NCBI GenBank assembly: GCA_030248215.1
Contig: JASANG010001013.1
Coordinates: 542,478 to 562,477 of the forward strand
DNA: 20,000 bases
Source of the DNA: Enoplolaimus lenunculus
Lineage: Eukaryota
Direction: 5' to 3'
Shown: positions 1-11,122 of the stretch, piece by piece
Layout: each line of letters starts with the position of its first letter
Numbering within the stretch: the stretch's first letter is position 1
Program-made: the position numbers and the translations under genes
Notes under the pieces: model-generated
Told to the model about the DNA's origin: nothing
Seen by the model: only the letters and a program-made list of their open reading frames with translations
Database searches by the model: none

Positions 1-360
1 TAAGCAAAAGCCTAAGCCTAAGAGTAGCAAATAAATTAGTCTAAAGCTTAAGCTTACTCTATTGCAGACCCACAGAAAAACTGTCCGCCCCTGATCATGG
101 ACCGAAAATAGTATAAAAATTCACCTCCAATACATTTTTAGTAAATTTCGAAGAATCTTAAATAAATAACTATGAGCATTCTAGTTGTACTCAAAATATT
201 TACAAAATTCGCCCAAGAACTTGTAATAATTAACTCAACCTAATTAAGTGTGTATATATTTGGGCTGCGAACAGCATAAATGTTAACACAAATCCGGCTT
301 CGCAGGAATGACTGAGTGCCATCGTTTAATATTTCAGTGGAAAAGATACACGGTTTATTA

Positions 361-562
361 CCGGAACCGGAAACGTCTATTTTACCGGAACCGGATCAAG
401 AAACGTCTGTTAACCGGAACCGGATCGGGAAACGTCTGTTTTACCGGAATCGGATCGGGAAACGTCTGTTTTACCGGAACCGGATCGGGAAACGTCTGTT
501 TTACCGGAACCGGATCGGGAAACGTCTGTTTTACCGGAACCGGATCGGGAAACGTCTGTTAA
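361..562. repeat. 30-bp minisatellite, about 6-7 copies (CCGGAACCGGATCGGGAAACGTCTGTTTTA)
   Basis: Direct tandem units, near-perfect from 414 to 562 with shorter degenerate units at 361-413; explains ORFs 308..562 and 316..567. Confidence 0.95.
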
Positions 563-619
563 AGTGAAAAATATTCAAGCAGGAAACCGAATGAGTAACG
601 GTTTCTTGCATTTTTTATA

Positions 620-803
620 AATCAGGGGGAGCTGTAAAAAGATATCAGTTTAGTATAAGCATATTCCTAAGCCTGAGCCTAATCCTAAATCTACCTAAGC
701 CTAAAGCCTATCCTAATCCTGAGCAAAAAATAAAAGCTAATAAGCATACTCTATTGCAGTCCCGAAGAAAAACGTTTCGTCTCTGATTTGTTTCACATGC
801 GCC
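620..803 (+). mobile_element. TTAGGC-carrying MITE copy, degenerate; further partial copies at 1-103 and ~10340-10502
   Basis: Shared core TATAAGCATATTCCTAAGCCT...ACTCTATTGCAG.CCC...AAAAACGTT and decayed TIR. Confidence 0.65.
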
Positions 804-823
804 GAATCTTGTGTCATTTTTAG

Positions 824-981
824 GCTGCCGAGATCAAAAACCAACCAATAAATGTCGAATATGGACACGGCGTGGAAAATGTGCCAAATTCGCTCAATAT
901 ATGATTCGTCAATGTGCTAAATCTTGTCAATTTTGCGTTAGTTCAACTAGTCGTGGTCACAACAGAACAACGCAGTGGTAG
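824..981 (+). CDS. Exon encoding a complete ShKT (ShK toxin-like) six-cysteine domain; probably the terminal coding exon of a gene starting left of the window
   Basis: Acceptor ttttag ends at 823. The frame from 826 reads CRDQKPTNKCRIWTRRGKCAKFAQYMIRQCAKSCQFCVSSTSRGHNRTTQW*, with ShKT spacing C-x-D..C..W...G.C......M...C.KSC..C. Stop TAG at 979-981. A possible GTTAGT donor follows Cys6 at 937, so the exon could instead end at 936. Confidence 0.85.
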
Positions 982-2281
982 ATTTCATTGGACAGAATTT
1001 TAGGCACCGAACAAAGTCGTCGAAGGCCCACGGTGATTGGTTGGATTAGGTTTAGGTTTCAGTTTCAGCATATATTCTAAAATGCGTATAGCACCTATCA
1101 TCAGTTAGCGATAAGTTTTCAAACGACGAACTCCAGCAAGTTACGAATCTTGAATCTGGTATAAAAGGATCATGAACTCAATGCAAAAATGTGCCTAATT
1201 TTGAAACTCAGCATTCACTGGTTTGAAAGTTAATAGACCTATTACTAACTGATGACAGGTGCTACGCACATTTAAATGAATAATTGCCATCTGCTCAGGT
1301 GTATGTTTTTCAAAAAATAAACGTATAAAAGGAAAATTTATAACAACACTTCAGATATTTGCTAAAATTTGCAAAATAACCATTGAAATATTTCTACCAG
1401 TCATAAACTGGGACTCACATCCGGTTCCGGTCTCCGGTCCAAAACATTTTGTGTTGCATTTCAGGCAGCGGTTTAACGGATATTTTGTATTCCGTCGGGT
1501 TCAAATTGCATAACTCACTTAAGCCGAAGCACCCGAGCTCCAAACGAAATTTCGTTTCCGGCTGAAACTCTGGTCACATTTTTGTTCGGATTCCGGTTCC
1601 GTCAACAAAGTTAAATTCTGATCACAGTTCCCTTTTTGACCACATTTTGTTCCGGTTCGAACCCGGCAAAAATTTAGACCTCACATTGAACGAGGGGTGT
1701 GATGATGGCTGTTTGTCAGGTTAAACTCCAAATATTGGCAATTGATTTAAAATTTCAAACCCAACATGAATTCAACCACAAAAATTGGCTAATTTTGATT
1801 GAATATGACAATTTCTTATGCCGGGGTTTCGTTAGTCGCGTACAGGGGTTCCATTCACATCCTGACCCCCTCCCACTGCGAAACTTTTCCTCGGTTGATT
1901 TCCGTAATTTTCTTGCATCCCCAAACGAAAATAATTTACACCAGGGTTAACGTCGGGCATGAATTGTAGCTTGAGACAGGTATTTGGACCTCAACGTCTT
2001 GGGTCCATATACCTGACACCTAATCTAGGGCACAAAACGCAAAAACATTTGACTTTCAAGGTCTGAAAAATTTACTTGTCTCACCCCCACAATTTGCTGT
2101 CCCCAACTTTACCCCTGGCCCGCTATGACTGGTATGAAACGTCAGATATACTGTTTTGTGTTTATGTTGCTTTTTGGGGCGTAACAGTAGCATAAATATA
2201 GTCCTAAGCCGAATCTACGACAATTCATCACCCGACAACTTGTCGCACAACAGTGTTCTAAAGCCTATAAATATATTTGTG

Positions 2282-2370
2282 CGTAATCCTAAACGTAATC
2301 CTAAGCGCAATCCTAAGCGTAATCCTAAGCGTAATCCTAAGCGTAATCCTAAGCCTAAGCCTAAGCATAA
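2282..2370. repeat. 12-bp minisatellite (CGTAATCCTAAG)n, about 6 copies, grading into (CCTAAG)n
   Basis: Read directly; explains the NPKR repeats in ORF 2156..2518. Confidence 0.9.
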
Positions 2371-3044
2371 TGATGGGTGTCAAATTATCGAGTCGATAAA
2401 ATTTCGGATTACAAGTTGTCGTTCGACGAGTTGTCTGGCTACGAATTCTCTGTCGTACTACGTCCTCAGCCTAATTATGACCTCAAAAATAGCCCAAAAC
2501 TTACGTATGCTTCAATAGCGGTCAGTGGAAGCCACGAAAAGCCCTTAAAACTAACAAGGACTTTTTATTTTGAGGATCCCAGTATCCCTAGAAATTGTGT
2601 CTCCAAAGATAGTTTTAACCCTGTACTTTAATGCAGCGTTCACAATAATTTTTCGCAACTGACCACCGCAAATCATCATTATGACGTGATTAGTGCTCAA
2701 TTGCGAACAATTAGTGTGAACGCTACCTTGCCAGGCTAAAACTGTCGTCGAGAGAGGGGGTAAAAATGTTGAGGAGATGCTGGTTTCCGGTAATTTAGTT
2801 ATTGTCACTCTACCGTACCGTAATTTTAGCCAAATCTTTCAAAAAATCATCGCGTTTATTAATACAAGCTATAATATCAGTTAAAAACGCCTACACTTTG
2901 TTTTAATTAATAATTTAATAGCGTCAGAATAATTAATATTTGATACGGCAAAGAAGAGCGAGAAGAAAACGCAACAAGATTATAATAGTAAAAATTGAAG
3001 ATAAGAAATAAAATCACCTAACGCACATATCGCTTGAAAATTTA

Positions 3045-3239
3045 GCCCCAATGTAAAGAACAGCGGCGGAACTGTAAGCATATACCTAAGCCTAAGTCTA
3101 AGCCTAAGCGCAAGAATGAGTATATTCCTAAGCCTACGCCTAAGATTAATCCAAGCGAATAAATTAGTTTAAAGCTTATTAAGCTTACTCTATTGCAATG
3201 CCACAGAAAAACGTTCCGCACCTGATTTTTACATGGGCC
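3045..3239 (+). mobile_element. TTAGGC-carrying MITE copy
   Basis: Same TIRs and internal AATTAGT.TAAAGCTT..AAGCTTACTCTATTGCA core; flanks AAAATTTA/TAAATTTA. Confidence 0.8.
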
Positions 3240-3896
3240 TAAATTTACATACAACTTGGGCTCGTGGTACCGAACCATGTATATAAACGGAAGCGTAACC
3301 CGCAACTACAGAACACTGAAAATATTCATGCCAACTCCAAGAATTTTATGCTGCGAGGTTGAATAGCAGTCGAAAAAAATCGGTAACTTCCTTAACATTT
3401 GCCTAAATTTCTTAATATTAAATTAGCCAGAATTTGCTAAAAGTTTAACCAAATTTCAAACTCAACTACAATTTAAAACTGGTCAACCTATTAACTGTTC
3501 ACGCTGACCAGAAATTACGCCTGATAAACACCAGCGGCTAAAATTCCTTTAGGCTTATGCTTAGGTTTATTCTGATTGGTTGAAATATTTGAGTTCAAAG
3601 TACCAAATAACAACTCTGTTAGGCTTTGTGCAACTTTAAATTAAATTGCAATATTTTGCAAAAAAGTTTTCTGGCAAAAAAATGCGAACAGGTTATGGCT
3701 TGTGAAAGCATATTAAATGCAGTGTATGGTTAAATTCATACGGTTTCAAACTGCAAAATAAACCACACATCACGCATGACTGCATAAATTGCACAATTGC
3801 ACATAATTGCTAAAAAAAGCAAAACGCAGTTTGTTTCTTGGTTTGCACATCGCAATATAAGAAGAACCCAATTGTAATGCAGTAGGAAAACAGTGT

Positions 3897-3979
3897 TTAA
3901 TAACCAGACAATTCTTGGAACGTTTGCTCCAGTTCTTCGGAAATCGCCTTGTATTTTTCTTTTTCGTGTTGAAGTTCAT
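3897..3979 (-). CDS. lev-11: Tropomyosin terminal coding exon (exon-9 equivalent), [27 protein letters not shown]
   Basis: Acceptor ttttgcag, phase 1 matching the preceding exon (G|AT = Asp). Typical protostome tropomyosin C-terminus FQELSGY and TAA at 3899-3897. Symbol reflects family recognition; orthology is not proven. Confidence 0.95.
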
Positions 3980-4182
3980 CTGCAAAAAAATAAAAAAACG
4001 AATAAACGAAATGAAAACATTTTTGAAACTCAATTTACCATTTGTAGCCTTTTTCCAAACTTCAGTGGGAAATTGGCATCGCCAAATTCTACATGCGAGG
4101 CACACAATAAAATGGACGATGCATATAATATTGCTGAATTTTGTAATTTTTCAATTTACAAAATATCTTTGATAAAATTTAT

Positions 4183-4371
4183 GGCCAATGTATAGAACAG
4201 AGTCGTAAGAGTATTATAGGAATATTCCTGAGCCTAATCGTAAGGATACGCCTATATCTAAACCTAAAGTCTAAGTCTAAGCATAAGCTTAAAGCAAAAA
4301 ATAATCTAAAGCTTAAGCTTACTTTATTGCATTCCTGCAAAAACGGCCTGCTATTGATATTTACATGGACC
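4183..4371 (+). mobile_element. TTAGGC-carrying MITE copy, degenerate
   Basis: GGCCAATGTATAGAACAG...TTTACATGGACC with CCTAAG variants inside. Confidence 0.7.
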
Positions 4372-4869
4372 ACATTCACCAACGGCTGTAGCGAGTGGAA
4401 TTTATATTATATGGCACATTTCGTATTTTGGTCATTTTCTTGGTGATTTTTAAATATGTTTCCAGGTGTAACGCACAACTCTTGGTTCGAAATTAACTAA
4501 ATTCCACAACATATTTTCGTCGTTTATGGAACAAATTTTAAATTTTTCGATTTGTTATTTTTTTGCTTAATTAGCAACTTTATTAATTGTAAACTCAAAA
4601 ACCCATTTCATAAAATTAATCACCCAACGAGTGTTTTTTTTCTAAAATCTTTGGCTACGCCCCTGTTTTTAATAATTACAACTTAAAATAATTTATGTTC
4701 GCAACATTTTACTTAATTCATCTATTAATAGCCAGCCAATCACAAACGATTTTGCATATATACTTTTAAGGATTTCAAGTTAAGTTTTTTAACAGAGTCT
4801 AGAAGACTTGAACCCGTGAGAATTACACGGTCTGCACGACCCCTGTTCGATGTTTTGCTCAAAGTTAAA

Positions 4870-4940
4870 GACCCCGCGGCGAATCAAACCGTGGCCCTAT
4901 TGTGCTCGAGTCAAGCATGCTACTACTACACCATGTTATC
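4870..4940 (-). mobile_element. tRNA-like head of a decayed SINE or tRNA pseudogene (mirror ~19795-19865)
   Basis: Minus strand has A-box-like TGGTGTAGTAG (4933-4923) and B-box-like GGTTTGATTC (4890-4881) at tRNA spacing; no convincing cloverleaf. Confidence 0.5.
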
Positions 4941-5025
4941 ATTGCAATAGTTTTAAGACCATTTGCACATGTATAACAATCTTTGTTTTATAAATACACT
5001 CATTATACAATAACTTGTAACTTAC

Positions 5026-5095
5026 CTTCAAGTCTGTCGACTTCCTTTTGCAAATTGAATGCAGATTTTTCAGCGTATTCAGCTCGGGTTTCAGC
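5026..5095 (-). CDS. lev-11: Tropomyosin 70-bp exon (exon-8 equivalent), AETRAEYAEKSAFNLQKEVDRLE
   Basis: ttttcag acceptor, GTAAGT donor, 70 bp, AETRAE..LQKEVDRLE motif. Confidence 0.95.
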
Positions 5096-5453
5096 CTGAA
5101 AAATATATTAAAACAAAATCATAGCGACAACAACTACGATTAATGCCAATGATTGTGTAATACGGGGGTGCGTAGCCAGAACGTGGCAGGGCTGGACTGA
5201 TTCAGCACGTCCTGGAAAATTTATGAGATTATAGAAAAGTTTTTGCTTGTAAATCTCATCGTAAACCCTTGTATGCGTCTATGAATAATTTTTGCAGCCA
5301 ACTATAGCAATATGAGCTGGATACGGGTTGTATTTACATCAAAAAACGTAAACTTTACAGTAATGAGCAATACAAGTAAAATAGTTGTAGTTGACTTTCC
5401 AAACGAGTCCAAAGGTTCTATCAGGCTGTGTGGTTCAGCAGTGACTTATTTAC

Positions 5454-5592
5454 CTCCTTGAGTCGAGTTGTAAGCGATCGCATTTGTTCTTCGTATGTTT
5501 CTTCGCGTTCCAACGCTTTTTCTTCGCTGACTTCGAGAGATTTCAAGTTGTTGCCGACAACGCGCAACTCTTCTTCAAGTTCAACCACTTTT
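5454..5592 (-). CDS. lev-11: Tropomyosin 139-bp exon (vertebrate exon 6+7 equivalent), [46 protein letters not shown]
   Basis: ttttag acceptor, GTAAAT donor, hallmark [23 protein letters not shown] of ecdysozoan tropomyosin; lies inside ORF 5421..5603. Confidence 0.97.
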
Positions 5593-5802
5593 CTAAAATT
5601 CAATTCAATACAGTAACCCCAAATTTATAAGCTAGCACCTGGGTGCATCAACATGTGACAAAACGTGACCCGACTGATCAGTTAACGTGAATGCTCATAT
5701 AGCGGGTTTAACACAAGTTAAAAAAAGAGAACATTGGCTAAAATTTGAAATAAATTATTGTAAAACCGATATATATTAACAAAAATAAAAGACCAAACTT
5801 AC

Positions 5803-5873
5803 ACTTCACCTTCTTCGGCACGATCTTCAGCCTGTTCAAGGTCCAACTCAACCATACCCAGCTTGCGAGCGAC
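5803..5873 (-). CDS. lev-11: Tropomyosin 71-bp exon (exon-5 equivalent), VARKLGMVELDLEQAEDRAEEGE
   Basis: tttcag acceptor, GTAAGT donor, 71 bp, VARKL...DLE.AE.RAE motif; phases fit both neighbours. Confidence 0.95.
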
Positions 5874-6168
5874 CTGAAACCAAAATTTTAAATTCAAAAA
5901 TTTGAAATTTCAACATAAATTTGTTATTTATTTAAAAATACAAAAGTCACTTTGAAAACTTCGGAATATGAACTTTGAGTTAGCAAACATGTTCAAAGAC
6001 AGTAATTGAAAATTTTTTTATCTCACTTTAAGCAATTACTGATTGCAAGAAAATGTGGCGAATTCGGCTTCAATGACTGTAGCACCGATCACCAGCTGGT
6101 AATAGATTTCAAAGCATAATTGGAAAATGTTTAATAATTTTGCCAATATATTTTTCCCAGTCAGACTT

Positions 6169-6419
6169 CACTGTAAATTCCAATGAGTTAATTAATCAAC
6201 TCAGACGGAAAATTAGTTATTTCTGAGTTAATACAGTAAACATAAACTCACTCGGAATTGAGTTGATTCTCGCTCTGAGTTGAGTTGACGCTGGGTGAAT
6301 TGTTTAATTAACTCAGAATGAATTGAATCCACTCAAAATTCTACGTTCTAATAGTCCTAACTCAGAGTGAGTGATTCAAATAATTATGAGTTAAAATCAA
6401 CTCACTGGAATTTACAGTG
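6169..6419. mobile_element. MITE with CACTGTAAATTCCA TIRs and internal TGAGTT/AACTCA repeats (mirror 18317-18559; related remnant ~9750-9935)
   Basis: Perfect 14-bp TIR CACTGTAAATTCCA...TGGAATTTACAGTG. Confidence 0.75.
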
Positions 6420-6654
6420 TGGTCGCTACCAAACATAATATGTCCAGATGAAAACCGTGCGATAATTAAAAAATGTTGCAGTGATAAATAATACAAAAAA
6501 TTGCTAAAGAGCAAGGGATATTTACGAAGCATAAGTTCGGCATCAAAGCGTTTGGGCGCAGATGAGCACACAACATTAAAGCAGACAAATAACGCACGTT
6601 ATTTCAAACTCAACATCATTGCTATTTTGGCCCATGCTAACCGCTCTGTATACT

Positions 6655-6786
6655 AAAACCTACGCCTAAATTTGAGCTTAAGCTTTTACCGAAACATAAG
6701 CCTAATCTTAAGCCTAAATCTAATCCTAAGCGTACGCCGAAACATAAGCATAATCCTAAGCCTAAATGTCGCCTAGACCTAATTAG
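6655..6786. repeat. Degenerate 6-bp-period telomere-like (CCTAAG-variant) array (mirror ~17950-18080)
   Basis: Hexamer periodicity CCTAAG/CCTAAA/CCTAAT/CATAAG. Confidence 0.7.
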
Positions 6787-7044
6787 TATACATAAGCCAA
6801 AGCCTCAGTCTCTAAGTCCCCACTTTCCATGCCTCGCAACGGGCAGACTCTGATAATTGACATAAACCGCGAGCAGGATTTCAAAAATACGCCAAAAATC
6901 CACAAAACGCCCTCTGGAATAGTTTGTAACCAAAATAGATACCAAATTTTCTCACTGCGTGCGTACTTGAGTGACATCATTACTTGTCATATACGTCATT
7001 TTTTACCATCACTTCAATTTATGACGTCATAATATTTGATTTAC

Positions 7045-7162
7045 CTCGTCATACTTTCTGTCAGCGTCCTCACTCAATAATTCTGCATCCTTCAAATTTG
7101 CTTCAATTTGTAGTTTCTTTTCTTCGTCTTGTAAAATGCGATTTTCCATTACTTTTCGCATG
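7045..7162 (-). CDS. lev-11: Tropomyosin 118-bp exon, variant c (closest to the canonical muscle type), [39 protein letters not shown]
   Basis: ttttttag acceptor, GTAAAT donor, 118 bp, phase 2/0; RKVMENR..QDEE...ADRKYDE motif. Confidence 0.95.
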
Positions 7163-7602
7163 CTAAAAAATGTATTCTGTCTCCCAAACATTTGACGTAA
7201 AAAATTTTCGCAATAAAACATGGCAACGGGTCAGCAATCTGAAACTCAAGCTACTTGAGGGAACAAAGACTCCTCAAACTAAGCCACCCCACCCCTGGAT
7301 CCGATTTTTCTCGCGATTTTGAATCGTTCCTCGGGTTTCGAATTTGAAAATATCACCAAAAAATGAGGGGAACCAAACTTTTTCTGACATCACAAGGATT
7401 TCCTGGTAAGTTTCACAACACAATGTAACGCTTTTTTTGAGTCAATCATAGCTTAAGGAATGATACAGCGAAACTATAGCATCACGATATTAATAAAAGC
7501 TTTGGGTATAAAGCGATGGTTATGGACAGATAAGCATAAAAGACAGTTGTTGTTGTTGTTTTTTTATTTTAACATATATATGTCTTAAAAATATTTGGTA
7601 AG

Positions 7603-7757
7603 GGCCAATGTATAGAACAGGGGTGGAACCGTAGTATAAGCATATTCCTACACCTAAGCCTAAGCCTAAGCCTAACCAAAAAATTAGTCTAAAGCGTACG
7701 CATACTCCATTTCAGTCACACGGAATATTGGTTCCGCCTCTGATTTTTACATGGGCT
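7603..7757 (+). mobile_element. TTAGGC-carrying MITE copy (mirror at 16976-17130)
   Basis: GGCCAATGTATAGAACAGGGGTGGAAC...GTTCCGCCTCTGATTTTTACATGGGCT; (CCTAAG)3 inside. Confidence 0.8.
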
Positions 7758-8274
7758 AAAAATTGTCAAATGGTATATATTATGATATTTCGTTTTTAAA
7801 TTTCAAATTAAGCTTCAACTTTTCATTATATTGAAAACTAAATACGAAAACCACAGTTCGAAGTTAATGCAACTATTCGTTGAATTAAACGTTGATATGT
7901 CTTGTATCAAAAACTTGAGCGATAATGCAAGGTTATACTTAGTAACGTACTTTCAAAACTTAAGTATGCTTTAAAGATTCGAACTCAACTTTATTAGGTC
8001 CTGCAGTCAATGATGCACTACAATTTGGGATAATTGACATTTATGGACTGTAATTAGAGTTTATGGACTCTATCCCGCTAACGGACTCTTATTAGGGATA
8101 CAGCCTCCTATTGATTGGGACTCAAAATGGAGACCCCTTTTATTATTTTCCTCTTATTTGGGTCACTACAGTAAACTATTTTAGTATTTTTTACCACACA
8201 TGTCTCCACACCAGTAAAACTTATTTGAAAACATTAAATATTTCGATTAAGCATAAATTGCACTTTAAGTAAAA

Positions 8275-8568
8275 CCCAATTCACACTGGCAAGTTCTTGC
8301 AGCGAGCACTCGCAGCTGCAACGTGCACGAAATACTTGCAGCTGTAAATATTTTCAATGGAACATTCCGATCGACCAAACAAAGTGAACGTGCAAAAAAT
8401 TCAATCGACTTGCAACTACATTCACGTGTGCGAATTAAATTAAATAGCATGAATTCCAGTGAATAATTTGACACTGCAAGAAATTTAAAAGCTGCTTTGT
8501 AACCAAACTTGCACACGCTAGTAGCATGTGCAAATTTTTGCTGCAAAAACTTGCACGGTTGAATAGGG
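8275..8568. mobile_element. Fold-back/MITE-like element rich in TGCA motifs (mirror 16166-16458)
   Basis: Imperfect ~29-bp TIRs CCCAATTCACAC..GCAAGTTCTTGCAGC and GCTGCAAAAACTTGCACGGTTGAATAGGG. Confidence 0.65.
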
Positions 8569-8995
8569 CTTAAACCTTTATTATATATCGGGTTCTGCAT
8601 CGTTTAAACCTGTCTTTTAAAATCAAATAGGTATATTGGATACTTGTTAGCAATATTGTTTGCGTTTAGGCATAGGCTCAGGAAAAGGCCTAATTTTGCC
8701 TAGCAACCTGAAGCTTTCACTAAGCGTAAAGCGAAGACCTAATCGTAAGCCTAACCTTTAACTTTGCTTGTGTGGAAATGTATGTCAGATCTATACTTTT
8801 CAATTTTATGAGTTAGTAAATAAACGCGGATACAAACCAGTATACCGCGTTTATATAAGCACGAAACTACGTACAGGGACCCATTTACTTTTTATTCAGC
8901 TATTTTGCATATATTCTCAAATGTGTGTAGCACCTATTACCAGCATAATTGATGTTTTACATTTTAAACCAGCCAAAGAAGACCTTTGGAAGTTT

Positions 8996-9192
8996 GGCCA
9001 ATGTAAGAACACGAGCGGAACAGTATTTTATAAGCATATTCCTAAGCCTAAGCTTAAGTCTAAACGTAAAAATAAGAATGAGCATATTGCTAAGCCTAAG
9101 CCTAAGACAAGCAAAAAAATTAGTCTAAAGCTTAAGCTTACTGTATTCTAGTCCCACAAAAAACCTCTCCGCCCCTGATCTGTACACGGGCC
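8996..9192 (+). mobile_element. TTAGGC-carrying MITE copy (mirror at 15555-15739 lacks 24 bp at one end)
   Basis: GGCCAATGTAAGAAC...GCCCCTGATCTGTACACGGGCC; flanks GGAAGTTT/GGAAGTTG, and the mirror copy shows GGAAGTTG at the first flank. Confidence 0.8.
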
Positions 9193-9488
9193 GGAAGTTG
9201 GACCGTTTTTCTCATTCGAACTATCCTAGGTTTCAACCGAATTCGCGATTCTGAACTCTCTGATTTGGCTTGTTTGATTAAAAATATTGACCTTTGTCAC
9301 CATTCTAAGTAGACGCCATTGCTATTAATACTGCTTGCTAAAAACTATTAAGCGAAAATTAGCAATATCTGCTACAGTAGCAGCCTACAATGCGTAAGGA
9401 AAACTGTGAGAAATGTTGCAAATTTGAATGTTTGTCAAAATTCTTGCACATTAATAGCGCTGACATGCAGGTGGTCAAATATGAACAC

Positions 9489-9606
9489 CTCGTCATATTT
9501 TCGATCAGACATTTCTGCGTTGCTTTCGTGTTCCATCAATTGCATTTCCAAACCCATCATTCGTTCTTGATCCTGTGTTGCGCGATTCACGGCGACTTTA
9601 ACATTG
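9489..9606 (-). CDS. lev-11: Alternative 118-bp tropomyosin exon, variant b, NVKVAVNRATQDQERMMGLEMQLMEHESNAEMSDRKYDE
   Basis: ttttag acceptor, weak GTGTTC donor; same length and phase as 7045-7162, stop-free, 17/39 aa identical to it by manual count. Confidence 0.8.
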
Positions 9607-10917
9607 CTAAAAGGTCTCACGAGTTAACAGATTAAATCAGCGGCTAGTGGCAAATCTACCGTGGACCCTAAAAGGCCTCGGTCACATATCATGGCGTTCA
9701 TACGGAAATTTTGTATTAAAATTCAAGTCTTCAATTACATTTTTAATTATTTTTGAGTTACAGTAAATATTAACTCACTCTGAGTTGATTTATTGTCGCG
9801 TGAGTTGATTAATTAAATCAGAATCAGTTTTAACAACTCACAATTCTGAGTTCGGACAGATCTAATTCAGAGTTCAGACTTCTGAGTGAATTCACCTCAG
9901 TCTGAGTTATACTGAAGCCGCTCGAAATTACAATGTATACCACGGTGATATAAACTTTGTGGTTGCAACACTGCCAGGTGCTTATCTGGGTCACAGTTTA
10001 AGCACAAACGGTTTCCTCTTAACTAAAATATATTTATAATTGAAATAAATTCAGTCTAATCCATTGCCAAATCCGAGTCCATTCAATGAACTCAAGTTTA
10101 CTAGCAGAGCAAGAATCAATTCTAACTTTTTTCATGTGCTCACTCAGTTCACGAGGGGCGAATGGTATACGGCGCCCTCGCCAAACCCCCCTGTGGCGAC
10201 AACTGTTGCTATTCACAGATGGCATAATAACCTTTGGTCTGACCGCCGTATTGTTCGATGAAAGCTAACAGTCCAGAGATTGTAGCCGGGCGGTCGAGTT
10301 TTTAAACAAATTTCCAAAAAAATTTAAATGTTAATTTTAGGGACATAACGGTAGATTAAGCGTATTTATATTACACTAAGCATAAGCCAAAGCGTTGTAA
10401 AAATGTGTACCTAAGCCTAAGCAGAAAACGACATCTAGAATCTAAATCTACTCTTTTATAGACCCACCAGAAACCTGGACGCCCCTTAAAGTAACATTGG
10501 CCAAAATACTTGTGGCACAATTTTAAAATTTATTAGCCAACTTAAAAATTTAAATAAATGTGTAGGTAGAAGTAAATTTGCAACTTTGGCATTATGATGG
10601 GCGTGAAATTAGTTTCCCCGTGACCTGAACTGCTTATAAAGGCGGCATCTCAGCCGTCCTAAAATATTTTCGCTAATTTTAATATTTAGGTATATATAAA
10701 CATTTGTTACCCGCATCAAAGGATGCCGCCTGGGCGATATAAGACACATTGCCTCCTACTTAGAACAGATTTAAAGATTGTCAGCCCGAGGGCTGATAAG
10801 TTTAACATCGGCCTAGGGCGGATGTTAAACTTATAAGCCATCGGGCTGATATTCAGCTTACGGAAAATAAACACAATATCGCTCAAAATGCACGGCAATA
10901 ACAGTCATATTGCCTGC

Positions 10918-11122
10918 GGGCATTATATGCAATGTTTTAACAACCTCGGCCTACAGGTTTGTGCCCTAGGGCTGTTAAAATGCATTAGTTAAAGAGCCTT
11001 GGGCAGTTCCATGCTCTCGGCCTTCGGCCTCGAGCAGTTGGAACACAACTCGGTGTCTTTAACTAATGCTATTTAACTGCCCTAGGGCCCTCAGTTGTGT
11101 ACAAAGGTTGCATAAAACTCCC
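10918..11122. repeat. ~205-bp imperfect palindrome at the inner end of the inverted arm (mirror ~13651-13844)
   Basis: GCCCTAGGGCTGTTAAAATGCATTAGTTAAAGA pairs with TCTTTAACTAATGCTATTTAACTGCCCTAGGGC around a central GGCCTTCGGCC; outer GGGCATTATATGCAA/TTGCATAAAACTCCC. Confidence 0.75.

Noticed and set aside
1..103. CCTAAG repeats at the window start as a true chromosome end
   Set aside because: Short, degenerate and embedded in the MITE core with its TIR.
308..567. Repetitive ORFs (TGSGNVCF / RNRIGKRLFY) and CRISPR-like appearance
   Set aside because: Pure 30-bp tandem repeat with no unique spacers; eukaryotic context.
1977..2028. 14-bp stem hairpin followed by CTAG, resembling a Helitron 3' end
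   Set aside because: CTAG is not followed by T and no 5' end or second copy is visible.
2156..2518. 120-aa ORF with NPKR repeats
   Set aside because: Translation of a 12-bp telomere-variant minisatellite.
3566..3571. Minus-strand AATAAA as tropomyosin polyadenylation signal
   Set aside because: Lies in a TTAGGC-like remnant in AT-rich DNA; chance occurrence is likely and there is no transcript evidence.
8768..9151. 127-aa ORF mirrored at 15584..15970 (also 11916..12281, 3042..3305)
   Set aside because: KPKPK/LSLSL stretches come from the TTAGGC MITE; apparent conservation only reflects the inverted duplication.
10034..10290. GC-richer stretch with overlapping short ORFs, a candidate alternative first exon (MPSVNSNSCRH...)
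   Set aside because: Candidate donors fall in phase 0 or 1, not the phase 2 needed to join the 118-bp exons; no recognisable protein motif.
10716..10898. ORFs 10716..10898, 13704..14039 and 13864..14046 as a small gene or transposase
   Set aside because: Within a palindromic repeat, no recognisable domain, and the longer frame is not preserved between arms.
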